Positions 24,078 to 38,038 are shown, counted from the first letter of the stretch. The stretch: 54,300 bases of DNA from Octopus bimaculoides (GCF_001194135.2 NC_068985.1:102228186-102282485), one strand, 5' to 3'. Made by a program: numbers and translations. The notes: generated by a model from the sequence alone, not told the origin.

Positions 24078-26085
24078 TTCGAGTTTTTAGATTATATCCT
24101 ATCATATGTAGGACACCTGCTGAAGGCTGAAGAGTACATCAGCCGAAATGCTGTAGTAACAACAAACAAGTTGAGGACATGTATCCGTCTAATGTAAATA
24201 TTGTACATAATTCCTCATCTCTAAAATATAGAACAATATTATTTTTGTTGTTGCTGTTGTGTAGATTAACACAAATTAATTCTGATTGATTAGAAACACA
24301 TCTACACATTAGCATGTATAATGATATTTTCCCTGGTGTTAGAGACGAGAAAATGAGTAATATGCCCATGACAGTAACACATTTGGTCTACGCAAAGCTT
24401 GGTGAATGAATTTGGGTAGATGAAAAAAGAAATTACTGAAAGAGTACCGTGTGATTCAATTCTCTGCGGAGTATCCATCCCTTTACACTATAACTTTATA
24501 AATATACATCTAATTTGATCATACGATTGGAATACAGTCTTCAAATCGACAGTGATTCCATTTATCGTTACGCTTCATGTGTAAGCATAGCCGAGCTTAT
24601 TGCAATGGTTTATTTAAGAGGTATTGTTGCTTGTGTTAATGTGACTGAAAATTAAATTATGAATGATCATATTTGCAACTTTTTTTTGTTTAAATGTGAA
24701 TCGAAACCGTTTCGTGAATTTATCTCTTGCATTATGCTATATCACCACAGAAAGATTAATAATAACAATTTTAAGAGCATTTATTCGGTTTATTTAACTA
24801 CAATAACTGCTATTATACGGCGCCTTCGAGGCGAGCAACGTCTCATTAAATAACCGGTGTCTTTATATTATGTCCTTTGTAGTTGATGCAATCTAATTAT
24901 CAAAGACTCGCTTTCAAATATTCCAGTTCTAACAGCATAAAAAGTATGAAACAACCTTCTGTTTCGTTTGGTTCAATTTCGGTTTGTGCTAATGCGGAAA
25001 TCTCGATACATGTCTTTGATTTTATTCTATTTTATATTTATTACTTGTCAGTATTGCTTTTCTTTGCTAGTTAAATATTTCTTCAAGTGCTTAGAGTTTC
25101 ATTATATAGAAATTATTTAATTTTCTCTCTTCGTCTGTCCTGTGTTTCTTCTCTTTCCATTTTATTCATTTCTTGTTAAATATAGCTCTTCTTCTGAAGC
25201 TCCTACTCGACTGGATGCTTGTTGTCAAAGTTGTTAAGTGGAAAACAGATATTTCTTTGATTGAAAATGTGTTGCAGTGTGTAGATTTTTGCCAGCTCAC
25301 TACCAACAGGCTATCCATATGATATCAGGAGAATGTCTCGTCTAGAGACATCACTCAACCTCATTTAAATGAGGACCAAAAGTAAAGTATCAAAGGATAT
25401 TACTGATCTTCTTATACTTTACTCCCAGACTACTCCTAATAGAGTAGACAATGAAAAATAGTCCTTCAGGTTATGAACATTACGTGCTATTTCAGGTAAT
25501 GTGTACTTTTGATATTATACATACAACGCGGCCTCCTTTTTATATGATAAAATTTAAATCTAAAATGATTTCACTACAATTTCTAGCAAGCCAATTGACC
25601 ATTGTAGGGTTTCTAGGCTGACTCGTACCGAAGATTCTTGTAGGGCTATCGGAATAATGAGTCCAAAACGGAACTTTGCTGTAGCTCAACTCTTCAAAAA
25701 TACATAATTGCATACATCAACACGAGGTCAAAAATTTCTGGTAAAATACTTCAAAGGATTGCTTGAATGTGGATAATATTTATTTATTGACTCAAATTGA
25801 AGTGAAATAAGGTCAACTTGTCATGTAAATATATTCTTTAAGCCAATGTGTCCTGTGTACTACTAACACCAGCCATTTATCAAAACAGTATTATTTATAA
25901 GATATTGTAAAACTATGCACGCTACCATAAATTTGCAGACGATGGTTAAAGTTTAAACGATTTAAGCGATTCCCGATATAATACTAGTAATCATCATATC
26001 GAACATGGAACATTGAATAATAACATTGAGTCTGGTGAGATTGAAGCCAGTTTATCTGCATTTGTATGGTGGTTATCATCCACCC

Positions 26086-26203
<118 letters not shown>

Positions 26204-26206
<3 letters not shown>

Positions 26207-26248
26207 GGTTTCAAACTTTGCCACAAGGGTAGCAGTTTTGGGGGATGT
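26204..26248 (-). mobile_element. 3' end of a SINE family A copy running into a gap
   Basis: Reverse complement catcccccaaaactgctacccttgtggcaaagtttgaaaccattatt matches the family A tail. Confidence 0.7.
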
Positions 26249-26695
26249 NNNNNNNNNNNNNNNNNNNNNNNNNNNNNNNNNNNNNNNNNNNNNNNNNNNN
26301 NNNNNNNNNNNNNNNNNNNNNNNNNNNNNNNNNNNNNNNNNNNNNNNNNNNNNNNNNNNNNNNNNNNNNNNNNNNNNNNNNNNNNNNNNNNNNNNNNNNN
26401 NNNNNNNNNNNNNNNNNNNNNNNNNNNNNNNNNNNNNNNNNNNNNNNNNNNNNNNNNNNNNNNNNNNNNNNNNNNNNNNNNNNNNNNNNNNNNNNNNNNN
26501 NNNNNNNNNNNNNNNNNNNNNNNNNNNNNNNNNNNNNNNNNNNNNNNNNNNNNNNNNNNNNNNNNNNNNNNNNNNNNNNNNNNNNNNNNNNNNNNNNNNN
26601 NNNNNNNNNNNNNNNNNNNNNNNNNNNNNNNNNNNNNNNNNNNNNNNNNNNNNNNNNNNNNNNNNNNNNNNNNNNNNNNNNNNNNNNNNNNNNNN

Positions 26696-26822
<127 letters not shown>

Positions 26823-27950
26823 TGCAACAACCATAGTAGTTAGGAACCTTAACAAAAGAGTTTACGTTTGAAGAGATAAATATTTCAGCTTCGATGGGAA
26901 TGGAAAGCAAAAACAACGATCACAGAATTTGAACGCAGAAAGATAAAGAACGAAATGAAATACTGAGGATATCATGAAGGCACTTTACACTGTCTACTAA
27001 TCGATCATCTCCATAAATATATTGATGATTTAATTCATTGGTATTTGTAGGTTTACGTCTGTAAAAAGCCATAGTCAATAAAATCCATAGATTCTTGACA
27101 GCTAATTTCGACCTCGAACAAAGAAATGAAAGACGGAGTTGACTTTAGGCTGAATAACAAATTTGAAGTCCAAGCTTAAATGAATGCATAAAATCAACAG
27201 CAACAACAAAAACATTTTCTAACATAAACAGAGAAATACAGATTGTGAAGCGACGAAGAAGTAAAAAAGAAAAACGAACTAAAATAACTAAGCTCACAAT
27301 GCGATTAAAAATGTCATACCACGAGGATGGTATGAAAACCTCCTCGTTGATATTACAGAAAAAGAAATGTGTAAAACGGGAAAGAATAGTGAAAACTTTA
27401 GCCTTGCTTTGTATCGTATCACAAACAGGAACAGCATAAAGCAAGTGCGTATATAACCTTGATAGGAAATATGAAAATCTTAGCTATGCGGACTAATATA
27501 CAAGAAAAACATTGTACACGTGCAGAGTACATGTATATGAATATATATACATAATTTTTTACTGTTAGATGAAGGAGAGATGTTCTTCACCAAATTGGAG
27601 TTGTTGTTAGAGACTTCGTAACTCCGTGACTGGTAAGGGTAGGATTGCAAATTAACCTGAACTGGAGACCTGTTTAGAAAATTTCCAAAAGATCAGTCTT
27701 TTCGCTTTCATCTTCTATTGTTCATCTTCCTCTTTGCAGTTTTCAGTATCTGGCAACGAGGTGAATCTTACTAAGACAAATATAGCAACTAGGATTTCGG
27801 CCTTGTATATAATTTATCTTTTCTCACAGCGTTTTTACTAGCCATAATTTTGGTATACCTCCGTGACCTCTGGGAACAGTAGAACTTGCAAATCCCTTTT
27901 GTCGCTCCATGATCAGCCGTCACATTTCTCACTCTGCTTTCGTCTCTCAG

Positions 27951-28091
27951 CCATATTGCAATGTGAAAATAATGACTAGTGACGTATCTACATCGTTTAC
28001 AATGTCCCTTATCTTCACTCTTATAGTAAGTCTTCTCGTGACTCTAAAATCTCTGTTCGTGACTTGTGTGCTAAGTGCTGTTTTGCTTTGA
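27951..28091 (+). CDS. Candidate exon: PYCNVKIMTSDVSTSFTMSLIFTLI (donor at 28026), or terminal read-through VSLLVTLKSLFVTCVLSAVLL*
   Basis: Long pyrimidine tract acceptor tctcactctgctttcgtctctcag|, donor ATA|GTAAGT, only one open frame. Confidence 0.3.
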   Translation, partial: PYCNVKIMTSDVSTSFTMSLIFTLIVSLLVTLKSLFVTCVLSAVLL

Positions 28092-28247
28092 CACACCTAT
28101 TGTATGAACGGGATAGAGTGTTTAAAGGATCTGTCAGCTCGCCTCCTTAATAATAATATTAACAACAAAATTATTCTTTCTATACAAAAACACACAAACA
28201 TGCACACACACTCACACACACACACACACACAGACACACACACAGAT

Positions 28248-28301
<54 letters not shown>

Positions 28302-28606
28302 CATTTCCATAGGCTAAGTACAAAATAAACTAAATTCTATGTTATTACCCATGACTTTAAGCAACTAATGTAACATCACGGCGCATGCGTGTTTATATTT
28401 TTATATCTCTCTTTAATTCATTATTTATTTATTCATGTATTAACGTTAGATGTATATACGTAATTGAAATACAAAAGTAAATATTTGAGCACCTTTTTAC
28501 ATACACATGATTGAAGTAATTACCAGAAAATGATTGCATTAATTACAATGAAAACTAATTCAAATCTACATATGTATGCAAACTATATTGATTTAATTAG
28601 ATGTAT

Positions 28607-28646
<40 letters not shown>

Positions 28647-30062
28647 NNNNNNNNNNNNNNNNNNNNNNNNNNNNNNNNNNNNNNNNNNNNNNNNNNNNNN
28701 NNNNNNNNNNNNNNNNNNNNNNNNNNNNNNNNNNNNNNNNNNNNNNNNNNNNNNNNNNNNNNNNNNNNNNNNNNNNNNNNNNNNNNNNNNNNNNNNNNNN
28801 NNNNNNNNNNNNNNNNNNNNNNNNNNNNNNNNNNNNNNNNNNNNNNNNNNNNNNNNNNNNNNNNNNNNNNNNNNNNNNNNNNNNNNNNNNNNNNNNNNNN
28901 NNNNNNNNNNNNNNNNNNNNNNNNNNNNNNNNNNNNNNNNNNNNNNNNNNNNNNNNNNNNNNNNNNNNNNNNNNNNNNNNNNNNNNNNNNNNNNNNNNNN
29001 NNNNNNNNNNNNNNNNNNNNNNNNNNNNNNNNNNNNNNNNNNNNNNNNNNNNNNNNNNNNNNNNNNNNNNNNNNNNNNNNNNNNNNNNNNNNNNNNNNNN
29101 NNNNNNNNNNNNNNNNNNNNNNNNNNNNNNNNNNNNNNNNNNNNNNNNNNNNNNNNNNNNNNNNNNNNATATATATATATATATATATATATAAACTGCT
29201 GGGTAAAATAAAATGCTAAACGTTATTTTGTTCGTGTATTGTACATGTTCAATTTTAGGTATATGCAGTGCAACAAAACATCTTCGCATTCTGAATAGCG
29301 TCATTTAGGAAATATTATCACATTTTATATAGTTGCATATTTTGTTCTTTGAAGAAAGTAAAACTTAAAAAATTTCCAAACTTTCAATTTTTTATCAATA
29401 AAAGGAAACATCTAGCGTAAGGTAGGAAAATTTCAAATTTTTCGCATAGAAAATTAGTGATAACAATATTTTTCAAGTGTTCTTTATAACAAAATATCAA
29501 GGAGAATGCTTCTCAAGTTTCTATTTGTTGTGAACGTATCAGAAGATTATTTTACTGTTGAAGTAGAAAGCTCTCGTTATACAACACTAACCGCAAGTTA
29601 AACAGTTTTGTCAAGCTTGTTTGTGTTGATATGCAGTAAGAATGTTCATGTAAGCATTAACAATAATGTTGATATTCGTCAGGAAAGTGTCAGCTATTCG
29701 CACAAAGAAAAAGAAAATTACTCGCCACAAAGACAATACTTCTACATTACCCGGAAACAATTTCTTTTCCTAGAGGATATGTTAACAAGCTTAAAGTATA
29801 AGCGACCGACATCTGAAAACTGTAGCTCTTTAAGAAAGACAGAAAGTAATCCTGCGCTTATCGAGAGAGTTTTGGACTGAAAGTAAAAAATGTTTACTGA
29901 AAAAGGAATCTGAGGATTTGAAAACGCTGCTCTTCTTGTTCGAAACAATGTACTAAAAAGCCTCTGTTAACACAGAAAAATATAGTGTACATATACATAT
30001 TTCGTCCGAGTAAGTTGAGTTTGATTGGATGAAATACTGACAAGCCTATCCGATAAACTCAC

Positions 30063-30234
30063 TGACTAATCGCAACACCGGTGCCTGTTCTGGCATTGTT
30101 ATTCTATATACTGCTAGCGGATATATGACGCTGGTATCTCTAGTAGTCGGGTGTCCATCATTGACAAAACCAAGGACGGTCGAAGTCACACGTGATCTTG
30201 TGGTCTCGGGGCTGAGGTCTTGAGGATCTGTCTC
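30063..30234 (-). CDS. Candidate exon (172 nt): ETDPQDLSPETTRSRVTSTVLGFVNDGHPTTRDTSVIYPLAVYRITMPEQAPVLRLV
   Basis: GC-richer island, donor A|GTGAGT, weak acceptor gccacctag|. Confidence 0.2.
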
Positions 30235-31305
30235 CTAGGTGGCGATATAATGAAACAAGCATTTTGCATCAATTGCCTATATGGGACTCTCTCTGATGGT
30301 AAGTTCTGCAGTGTAGTTTGTTGGAACTGGACATCCACAGATAAAGGAGGATAACTATTGCATCTGTGATAATTCTATAAAATAATGCTTCATGATTTTA
30401 GTTTCGTAGTAGGGCCCCAGATGTGGCCATTGCACATCGCATTTGGCAAACATTCAACCATAAAAATATTTCAGTAACTTCTAAGCGTAAAGGGTGTAGA
30501 AACAAGGTAACGGGTGTGTGGTGTTCTCTTTCTTCAATAGTTCACCGCATGCCATAGGTCGTCAGACACGGTTTATTCTGTAACCTTTAATGTGAAAAAA
30601 TGCCTATGCTGGTAGTAGCTGATATTAAACCAAAAACTTTGCCAAGAATCACAAATAATTCCATAACTGATGTATTCAAAACCGCATATTATTCGTTGTG
30701 TTATGATTGCTTATATACCAGGTAATTAAAATTTCGGTTACATCCGAGAATTGAGAGGTAATTAGCGTTAATATTGCTGTGTTGATAACATTGATGTCAA
30801 AAGAGCAAGTATTAGCAGAAAATTGTTTATATCATGCATAGTGAGAGAATATATTCAAACTCCAAACAGAGTATATGGAGAAGTTTTGGCATATTGGTTT
30901 CACTTTCATGGGTTCGATACATATTGATGTTTTATTGCGATTGAAACAATGTTTCCCTAAAAAATATATTAGCAGCCTGTTCATCAGTTCCTAAACATTA
31001 GAACACATATAAACACGCGCAAAATTATAAAAGTACATGGGTATATATACACACATTTTTATATAGAATTGCTATGTCATATTCGGCTATACTATTAGGA
31101 ATAATATGATATCACGTAAATCTAAGTAAAATGTACTTTACTTTAGAGTAAGGACATAGGTAATTATGATGGAAAGTTCCATAACGAGAAATTTATTTCC
31201 CTGCCAAAAAAAAAAAATAAATAAAGGTTACATTCTCCGTAAACGCAGCGTATAATATTATGCATNNNNNNNNNNATGTACACACACACACACACACACA
31301 TATAT

Positions 31306-31461
31306 ACCACGGGGTTCTTTCAGTTTCTGTTTAGCAAATCCACTCACTATTCTCTGATCGGCCCGAGGCTAAATATAAGATACTTGCCCAAGGTGCCAAG
31401 CAATGAGGTTGAATCCGGAACCTTATGGAAACTTCTTAGCACACAGCCATGTCTGTGCCTA
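31306..31461 (-). mobile_element. SINE family B, 5' half
   Basis: ttctttcagtttctgt..gcaaatccactcac...ggcccgaggcta...cttgcccaaggtgcca...acacagcca. Confidence 0.85.
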
Positions 31462-32195
31462 TAGTTATCGTGTAAATTTTCGTTTGGCAGGTATCTAAAT
31501 TACCTTCTGTTCTCTATTCCAACCCGTGCGTATATGTAAGTAAAAGGAAGTTTAATTGGTATTTTCTTATCTATTCCTCCCTAAGCATTCTAAAAAATAA
31601 ACGATTAATATATAATGTATAAACATTTATGTACCGGTAGACGATTTATAATAATTAGAATACTCGATTGATTACGTTTTGATTATAAAGAAAACGAGCA
31701 TCGTATAAAGAAATCCATATCTACACATGTATACAAAACCATATTGATTTCCACAGACATTTTATAGATATAATTAACTTTAAACTTATTTCAAGTACAG
31801 TATTTTACATCAGCATAATGCAATCCATATAAATGTACTCATAATCAGAGAAAACACAAAATGTGAAGCTTAGTAATGATCTTTGATATATTCTTCATTA
31901 GAATTACCACAATTGTGAGCGAAAACACAGTAATATATGAGATTCAGAGTCGTACATATACATACCTAGTTACATATGTGTTTGAATTTCGCGTATTTAC
32001 TTTTCCATATGTATATAGTTGGTTCGAATTAATCGTGTATAAAATGAGAGGTGGTAGGTGGACAGATGTATAGATAAGGAGAGAGAGGGAGAACGGGTGA
32101 AGAAAGATGGAATAGAGAGAGGAAGAGAGTTATTCCGTTGCCTGAAAGGCTTCACTTAAACTAGATACTCGGGTGAGTTTTCCACTAGATACAGC

Positions 32196-32198
<3 letters not shown>

Positions 32199-32265
<67 letters not shown>
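32199..32265. repeat. (CA)n microsatellite
   Basis: Direct reading. Confidence 0.95.
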
Positions 32266-33340
32266 NNNNNNNNNNNNNNNNNNNNNNNNNNNNNNNNNNN
32301 NNNNNNNNNNNNNNNNNNNNNNNNNNNNNNNNNNNNNNNNNNNNNNNNNNNNNNNNNNNNNNNNNNNNNNNNNNNNNNNNNNNNNNNNNNNNNNNNNNNN
32401 NNNNNNNNNNNNNNNNNNNNNNNNNNNNNNNNNNNNNNNNNNNNNNNNNNNNNNNNNNNNNNNNNNNNNNNNNNNNNNNNNNNNNNNNNNNNNNNNNNNN
32501 NNNNNNNNNNNNNNNNNNNNNNNNGTGACAGAGTTGGTATGTGAAAGCACGTGTTTGGATGTATAAAACAAAATAGAGTGAAAAAACTACAGAAGACGTG
32601 TGTTATATGGTTAAAAAATATATTTAAATTGCTCTGTTAGAAAAATGTTATAAAATGTGTATAGTAACATTGGCTTTGAAGAAATCTCAGGTTTCGTATT
32701 TTCTTTTCAAATTCTCAAACTTCTTTAAAGATATTTTGTCATCTCTTCGCTATGATGTGAAGTATGAGAGTTCCAGACACGGGAAGGTAAAGAAGGATAT
32801 TTTCAGTATACGGTAAATAAAAAAAAATGTTGGGAAAGACTAGGTTTCGTTAATTTAGCAACTTACACATATGCCTGGAAATAAGCGTATAACCGTATAT
32901 ACTAAGAATACTAAAAATGGTATGACGAAGCGCATTTATTTGGCTATATGTGAAATAACTGTAGGGGTTTGTAATTAAGTGTACGCAATCTAAATTCCAC
33001 TAAAATTTATTTGTGTATACTCTACGGATATTTGCGTACTTCCAAGTATATGTGTATGTATATCTACATACATATCTATATTCGTAGGGAAACACACAAC
33101 CAAACGCGCTCTCGCTAATTAGTTCGAGCAGCGGCTGCTGGGAACGCATAGATGCTATGCTCGATTAGGAATTCCTTTCATCTTAATCTCGTCAATCATG
33201 GTTGTCGTTCATTCGTGTAAAGTGGTATGTTTCTGTTAATTTATAGCCTCCGGGAATAGCTTACTTTGGTAATGTTTGGCGTTCTTGATAGGTAACAAAA
33301 TAGGATTGGTGTCTAGTTTTGAGAGGCTCTGTGGCATGCG

Positions 33341-33372
<32 letters not shown>

Positions 33373-33774
33373 TATAAGAAGGGATGACCACTTAGTGGAC
33401 ATCTGATATGCTAGAAAGAGGTCATCAACGACCCAACCACAAAGAAAAATAATGTTCTCCAAAAAGAAAAAAAATTCACCAAACACCAGAGCATAGGCGG
33501 GCAAGACAAAATGAAAAATATACAAAATAAAGAATTTATCGTATGAAGACAATTCGTGTATAGTTCTGCAAATTATATTGATTTTAGAACAATTATGCTG
33601 ATCAACAACGGACGTTTTTACGTTAGTAAAAAAGTTGATGGGGAAACCGGTACACGATTAATTAATAGTCAATCTTTCGAACCCGAGTGGCGTCCATGTT
33701 ATCTTTATGAGGAACCATCAACTTGACTAGATTTACCATTTTCTCTCTTTCACACCATATTATGATAGCCGGCA

Positions 33775-33997
33775 TGTGTTTTATGTCTATGTTTGTCCCC
33801 TCCACCATTTAACTACCGGTATTAGTGTATTTACGTCCTCGTAATATAGAGGTCCGGCGGAAGGAGAAGATAAAATAAGTACCTTGCTTTAAAAAACAAA
33901 GAGTCCTGGGGTCGATTGTTCGACTAAAACCTTTCAAGGTGGTGCCCCAGTATGGCCGCAGTGAAATGACTAAAAGAAGTAGACGGTAAAAGATAAA
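33775..33997 (+). mobile_element. SINE family B, 3' half, diverged
   Basis: tttgtcccctcc...gataaaataagtacc...gtcctggggtcgattgttcgacta...ggtggtgccccagtatggccgcagtgaaatgact. Confidence 0.8.
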
Positions 33998-34035
33998 AAC
34001 TATACAGAGAAATAAACTCATACGCGCACACACAT

Positions 34036-34078
<43 letters not shown>

Positions 34079-34247
34079 CATGCACACACACATATANNNN
34101 NNNNNNNNNNNNNNNNNNNNNNNNNNNNNNNNNNNNNNNNNNNNNNNNNNNNNNNNNNNNNNNNNNNNNNNNNNNNNNNNNNNNNNNNNNNNNNNNNNNN
34201 NNNNNNNNNNNNNNNNNNNNNNNNNNNNNNNNNNNNNNNNNNNNNNN

Positions 34248-34281
<34 letters not shown>

Positions 34282-34599
34282 TACACATACACATATACTT
34301 TCATCGCTACTTTAAAAAGGAAACAGAATTTCTCTCTCCCCACTCACGCATTCTACTTCCTATACTCAGCATCTCTGAATGTTATGTCTGCATCGTATCT
34401 GTGTATCTCAGTCTAAGTATTTGTTCAGAAGACTATAAATAAAATCGGTTGGATAGAAATAGTTCAGTTGTCCAGCATTTAGGTTTGTTTCAATATAGGC
34501 GCATAACCTGCCGTGTGGTGTGGGTTTTTTTTTACCTCCCCCTCTCTTTTATTGTATCCGTTCATCTTTCTGCTGCTTTTGAACACAATAAGGACAATG

Positions 34600-34601
<2 letters not shown>

Positions 34602-34688
<87 letters not shown>

Positions 34689-34864
34689 TGTGATCAGCAT
34701 TATCATCATCATCATCGTTCTTATTGATATTATTATTGATATTCTTCCTATTTTTATAGACATATTTTAATATCTTCCACTGTAAGCAATCTTTTTTTTA
34801 TGCATACGATTATTTTTTTTAATAGTAATACTGCCAGCCAGAGATTAAGTAGTACACAAGGCCA

Positions 34865-34957
<93 letters not shown>
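34602..34957. repeat. (AAT)n (34602-34688) and (GAT)n (34865-34957) microsatellites
   Basis: Direct reading. Confidence 0.95.
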
Positions 34958-35397
34958 TTGATATTTTAATTTATTGATAACATATCACCCATAATTCTCC
35001 TTGGGTGGCAGTCAATAAATCTTGTTTTATTATGTATATACATACATGTGATAAAATAATCACAATTGGGACGGGTACTCGAGGGCTTTAGACCGCTGAA
35101 ACAATTCTAAATACATTCATGGTCATATACATATATAACCCATACAATGCTGTATAAATCAAGAGGCACTATTATCCTCTAGTAGTGGTAGTAGTAGTAG
35201 TTTGCATTCGTCTTGAGCTCTTTGTTGCTCTTTTTCTTTTCTTCTCAGTGTCGTTTAGTCTAGTTAAGCTTTCAACGAAGAGGTATTTTATCAAAGGTAT
35301 TCCTCGTGAAGTTTGACGTGAAAGATGTTTTGCCAGTAATTTCTGTTTACGTTTCTATGCAGCAACGTGACGTGATCCCAGAATAGCGTGGTTCAAA

Positions 35398-35574
35398 GGC
35401 GGCGAGCTGGCAGAAACGTTGGCATGCCGGGCAAAATGCTTAGCGGTATTTCTTCTGCCGTTACGTTCTGAGTTCAAATTCCGCCGAGGTCGACTTTGCC
35501 TTTCATCCTTATGGGGTTGATAAATTAAGTACCATTTAGGCACTGGGACTCAATCTAATCGACTTAATCCCTTT
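35398..35574 (+). mobile_element. SINE family A, young-looking copy lacking the distal tail
   Basis: ggcggcgagctggcagaaacgttggcatgccggg...gagttcaaattccgccgaggtcgactttgcctttcatcctt...gacttaatccc. Confidence 0.93.
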
Positions 35575-37562
35575 ATTTATGAAATTTTAAAATTCCCATC
35601 ATATTGTTATAGAATAATCGTTGTCATGTCCAAATAACTGCTTTGCTGTAAATCGGTCAATATTAACGATGTTTGTCAGAGTGAATTCAGTTTTTATATG
35701 TGGTTATATGTCTATAAATTTCTTTGGCTTGTTCCCGTAGAGTGGGATAATTGCAAGTCTCTTCCATCATAGCCGTGGGCACACCCATTATGTCGCGCTT
35801 CTGCCTTTAGTTTACAATTCTTTGTGTCAATCTAGTTGTTTGTCCCACAAGTTACAGTTATGATACTGGGTTGTTATGATGTTCGAAAACCACTGAACAC
35901 TTTGGGCAACGTGGCCACAAACTTAAAATCAGAAACTTTAAAAGTGAACTTATGCTCTAGTGCCCTCCCATTACACCGCCGTCAGTGATGTCAACTTATA
36001 TCACAATATGTGTATGTACGTAACTACAGGAAATCGGTATAGGCACATGTAATTGTAAGACATGTATACATTAATTTCAAATAATTATTCGGCCTAGAAA
36101 AGACAGTATTACACAAAGGCCTTTATTATTATACTTGTAGATTTAGAAGTAGCCATTAGAGAAAGAATAAACAGAGTAGAATGCTATCGTCATGTTGATG
36201 TAGAAAATTAGCATATGAAAAAATAAAGATTTTATTTATTGATAAATAATTTTTGCAAAATAATAATTGTCAACTTATTGCTATTACGCTTAATGTAGTT
36301 ATCTTTAAAAGTTGATTGAATTAATTGCGACATTAGCAAAAGAAAACATTTTCCAAAGACTTGAAATACAAAATTGCCACTATTCTAACAACAAACATCA
36401 TTGTAGTAAATTCATACGGTTTTCTGATATACATTTATTCAAATGTTCATTTCGTAGTTTTTCGTAGTTTTCTAATCGTAATACTTACCTGTAATTTAGT
36501 CAAAAGTTAAACATTTTTCCTTATTGCACAGATTTGAAAATACTGTTTTACTACAGAAATTTTTGTTGAAAGCAGAACAGAATGGGGGAAACTTTGAAAA
36601 TAAGTATATATTTTGACTAATATATATATATATATATATATATANNNNNNNNNNNNNNNNNNNNNNNNNNNNNNNNNNNNNNNNNNNNNNNNNNNNNNNN
36701 NNNNNNNNNNNNNNNNNNNNNNNNNNNNNNNNNNNNNNNNNNNNNNNNNNNNNNNNNNNNNNNNNNNNNNNNNNNNNNNNNNNNNNNNNNNNNNNNNNNN
36801 NNNNNNNNNNNNNNNNNNNNNNNNNNNNNNNNNNNNNNNNNNNNNNNNNNNNNNNNNNNNNNNNNNNNNNNNNNNNNNNNNNNNNNNNNNNNNNNNNNNN
36901 NNNNNNNNNNNNNNNNNNNNNNNNNNNNNNNNNNNNNNNNNNNNNNNNNNNNNNNNNNNNNNNNNNNNNNNNNNNNNNNNNNNNNNNNNNNNNNNNNNNN
37001 NNNNNNNNNNNNNNNNNNNNNNNNNNNNNNNNNNNNNNNNNNNNNNNNNNNNNNNNNNNNNNNNNNNNNNNNNNNNNNNNNNNNNNNNNNNNNNNNNNNN
37101 NNNNNNNNNNNNNNNNNNNNNNNNNNNNNNNNNNNNNNNNNNNNNNNNNNNNNNNNNNNNNNNNNNNNNNNNNNNNNNNNNNNNNNNNNNNNNNNNNNNN
37201 NNNNNNNNNNNNNNNNNNNNNNNNNNNNNNNNNNNNNNNNNNNNNNNNNNNNNNNNNNNNNNNNNNNNNNNNNNNNNNNNNNNNNNNNNNNNNNNNNNNN
37301 NNNNNNNNNNNNNNNNNNNNNNNNNNNNNNNNNNNNNNNNNNNNNNNNNNNNNNNNNNNNNNNNNNNNNNNNNNNNNNNNNNNNNNNNNNNNNNNNNNNN
37401 NNNNNNNNNNNNNNNNNNNNNNNNNNNNNNNNNNNNNNNNNNNNNNNNNNNNNNNNNNNNNNNNNNNNNNNNNNNNNNNNNNNNNNNNNNNNNNNNNNNN
37501 NNNNNNNNNNNNNNNNNNNNNNNNNNNNNNNNNNNNNNNNNNNNNNNGTATATATGTATGTA

Positions 37563-37608
37563 TTGTTATTATCATTATCATCATCATTATTATTATTATT
37601 ATTATTAT

Positions 37609-37678
<70 letters not shown>
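37563..37678. repeat. (ATT/ATC)n then (AGT)n compound microsatellite
   Basis: Direct reading. Confidence 0.95.
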
Positions 37679-37679
<1 letters not shown>

Positions 37680-37790
37680 TAAAAGTAACTCTTCACAAAG
37701 GTAAAGCAGACATGACGAAGAACGTGATGCGATCGCAATAAATTTCTTTTTTTCTTTTTTTTTTCTTTTTTTTTTTCTTGGTTGAACAAC

Positions 37791-38038
37791 ATTTTGACAG
37801 CATGCCTGTCTTTGTTTGTCGAGTTCGAAATAAGAAGTGATAAAAATTCAAAATTATAGAAATTTAAATTAAAAGTATGAACAAGACCGACCAGCGTCCA
37901 TGTCCTGATGGACTGACATTATCAGTCTTTAAGTTTCAATTTTATAACAGGTCCTATACGTTATATTTAAATTTGTATTAATTTTGAAATTTTATCACTT
38001 CTTATTTTGAATCACCAAAGACAGGCTACTGTCGAAAT
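37791..38038. mobile_element. Fold-back MITE-like element with ~85-bp terminal inverted repeats
   Basis: Left attttgacagcatgcctgtctttg...aaataagaagtgataaaaattcaaaatt matches the reverse complement of right aattttgaaattttatcacttcttatttt...caaagacaggctactgtcgaaat; no clear TSD. Confidence 0.8.

Noticed and set aside
23934-24197. 87-aa ORF MLKEIDRS...
   Set aside because: Antisense reading of a SINE A copy.
24808-24822. GC hairpin cgcct-tcg-aggcg as a Helitron 3' end
   Set aside because: No downstream CTRR terminus or other element features.
27170-27444. Overlapping ~90-100-codon open frames on both strands; plus frame has KRERIVKTLALL, reminiscent of a GPCR ICL3/TM6 junction
   Set aside because: No continuing TM6 helix or CWxP motif, no usable splice sites, and strand purine skew explains the open frames.
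29608-29960. 90-aa protein-like ORF (ENYSPQ...NPALIERVLD)
   Set aside because: Weak acceptor, no recognisable family; may be a decayed TE or chance.
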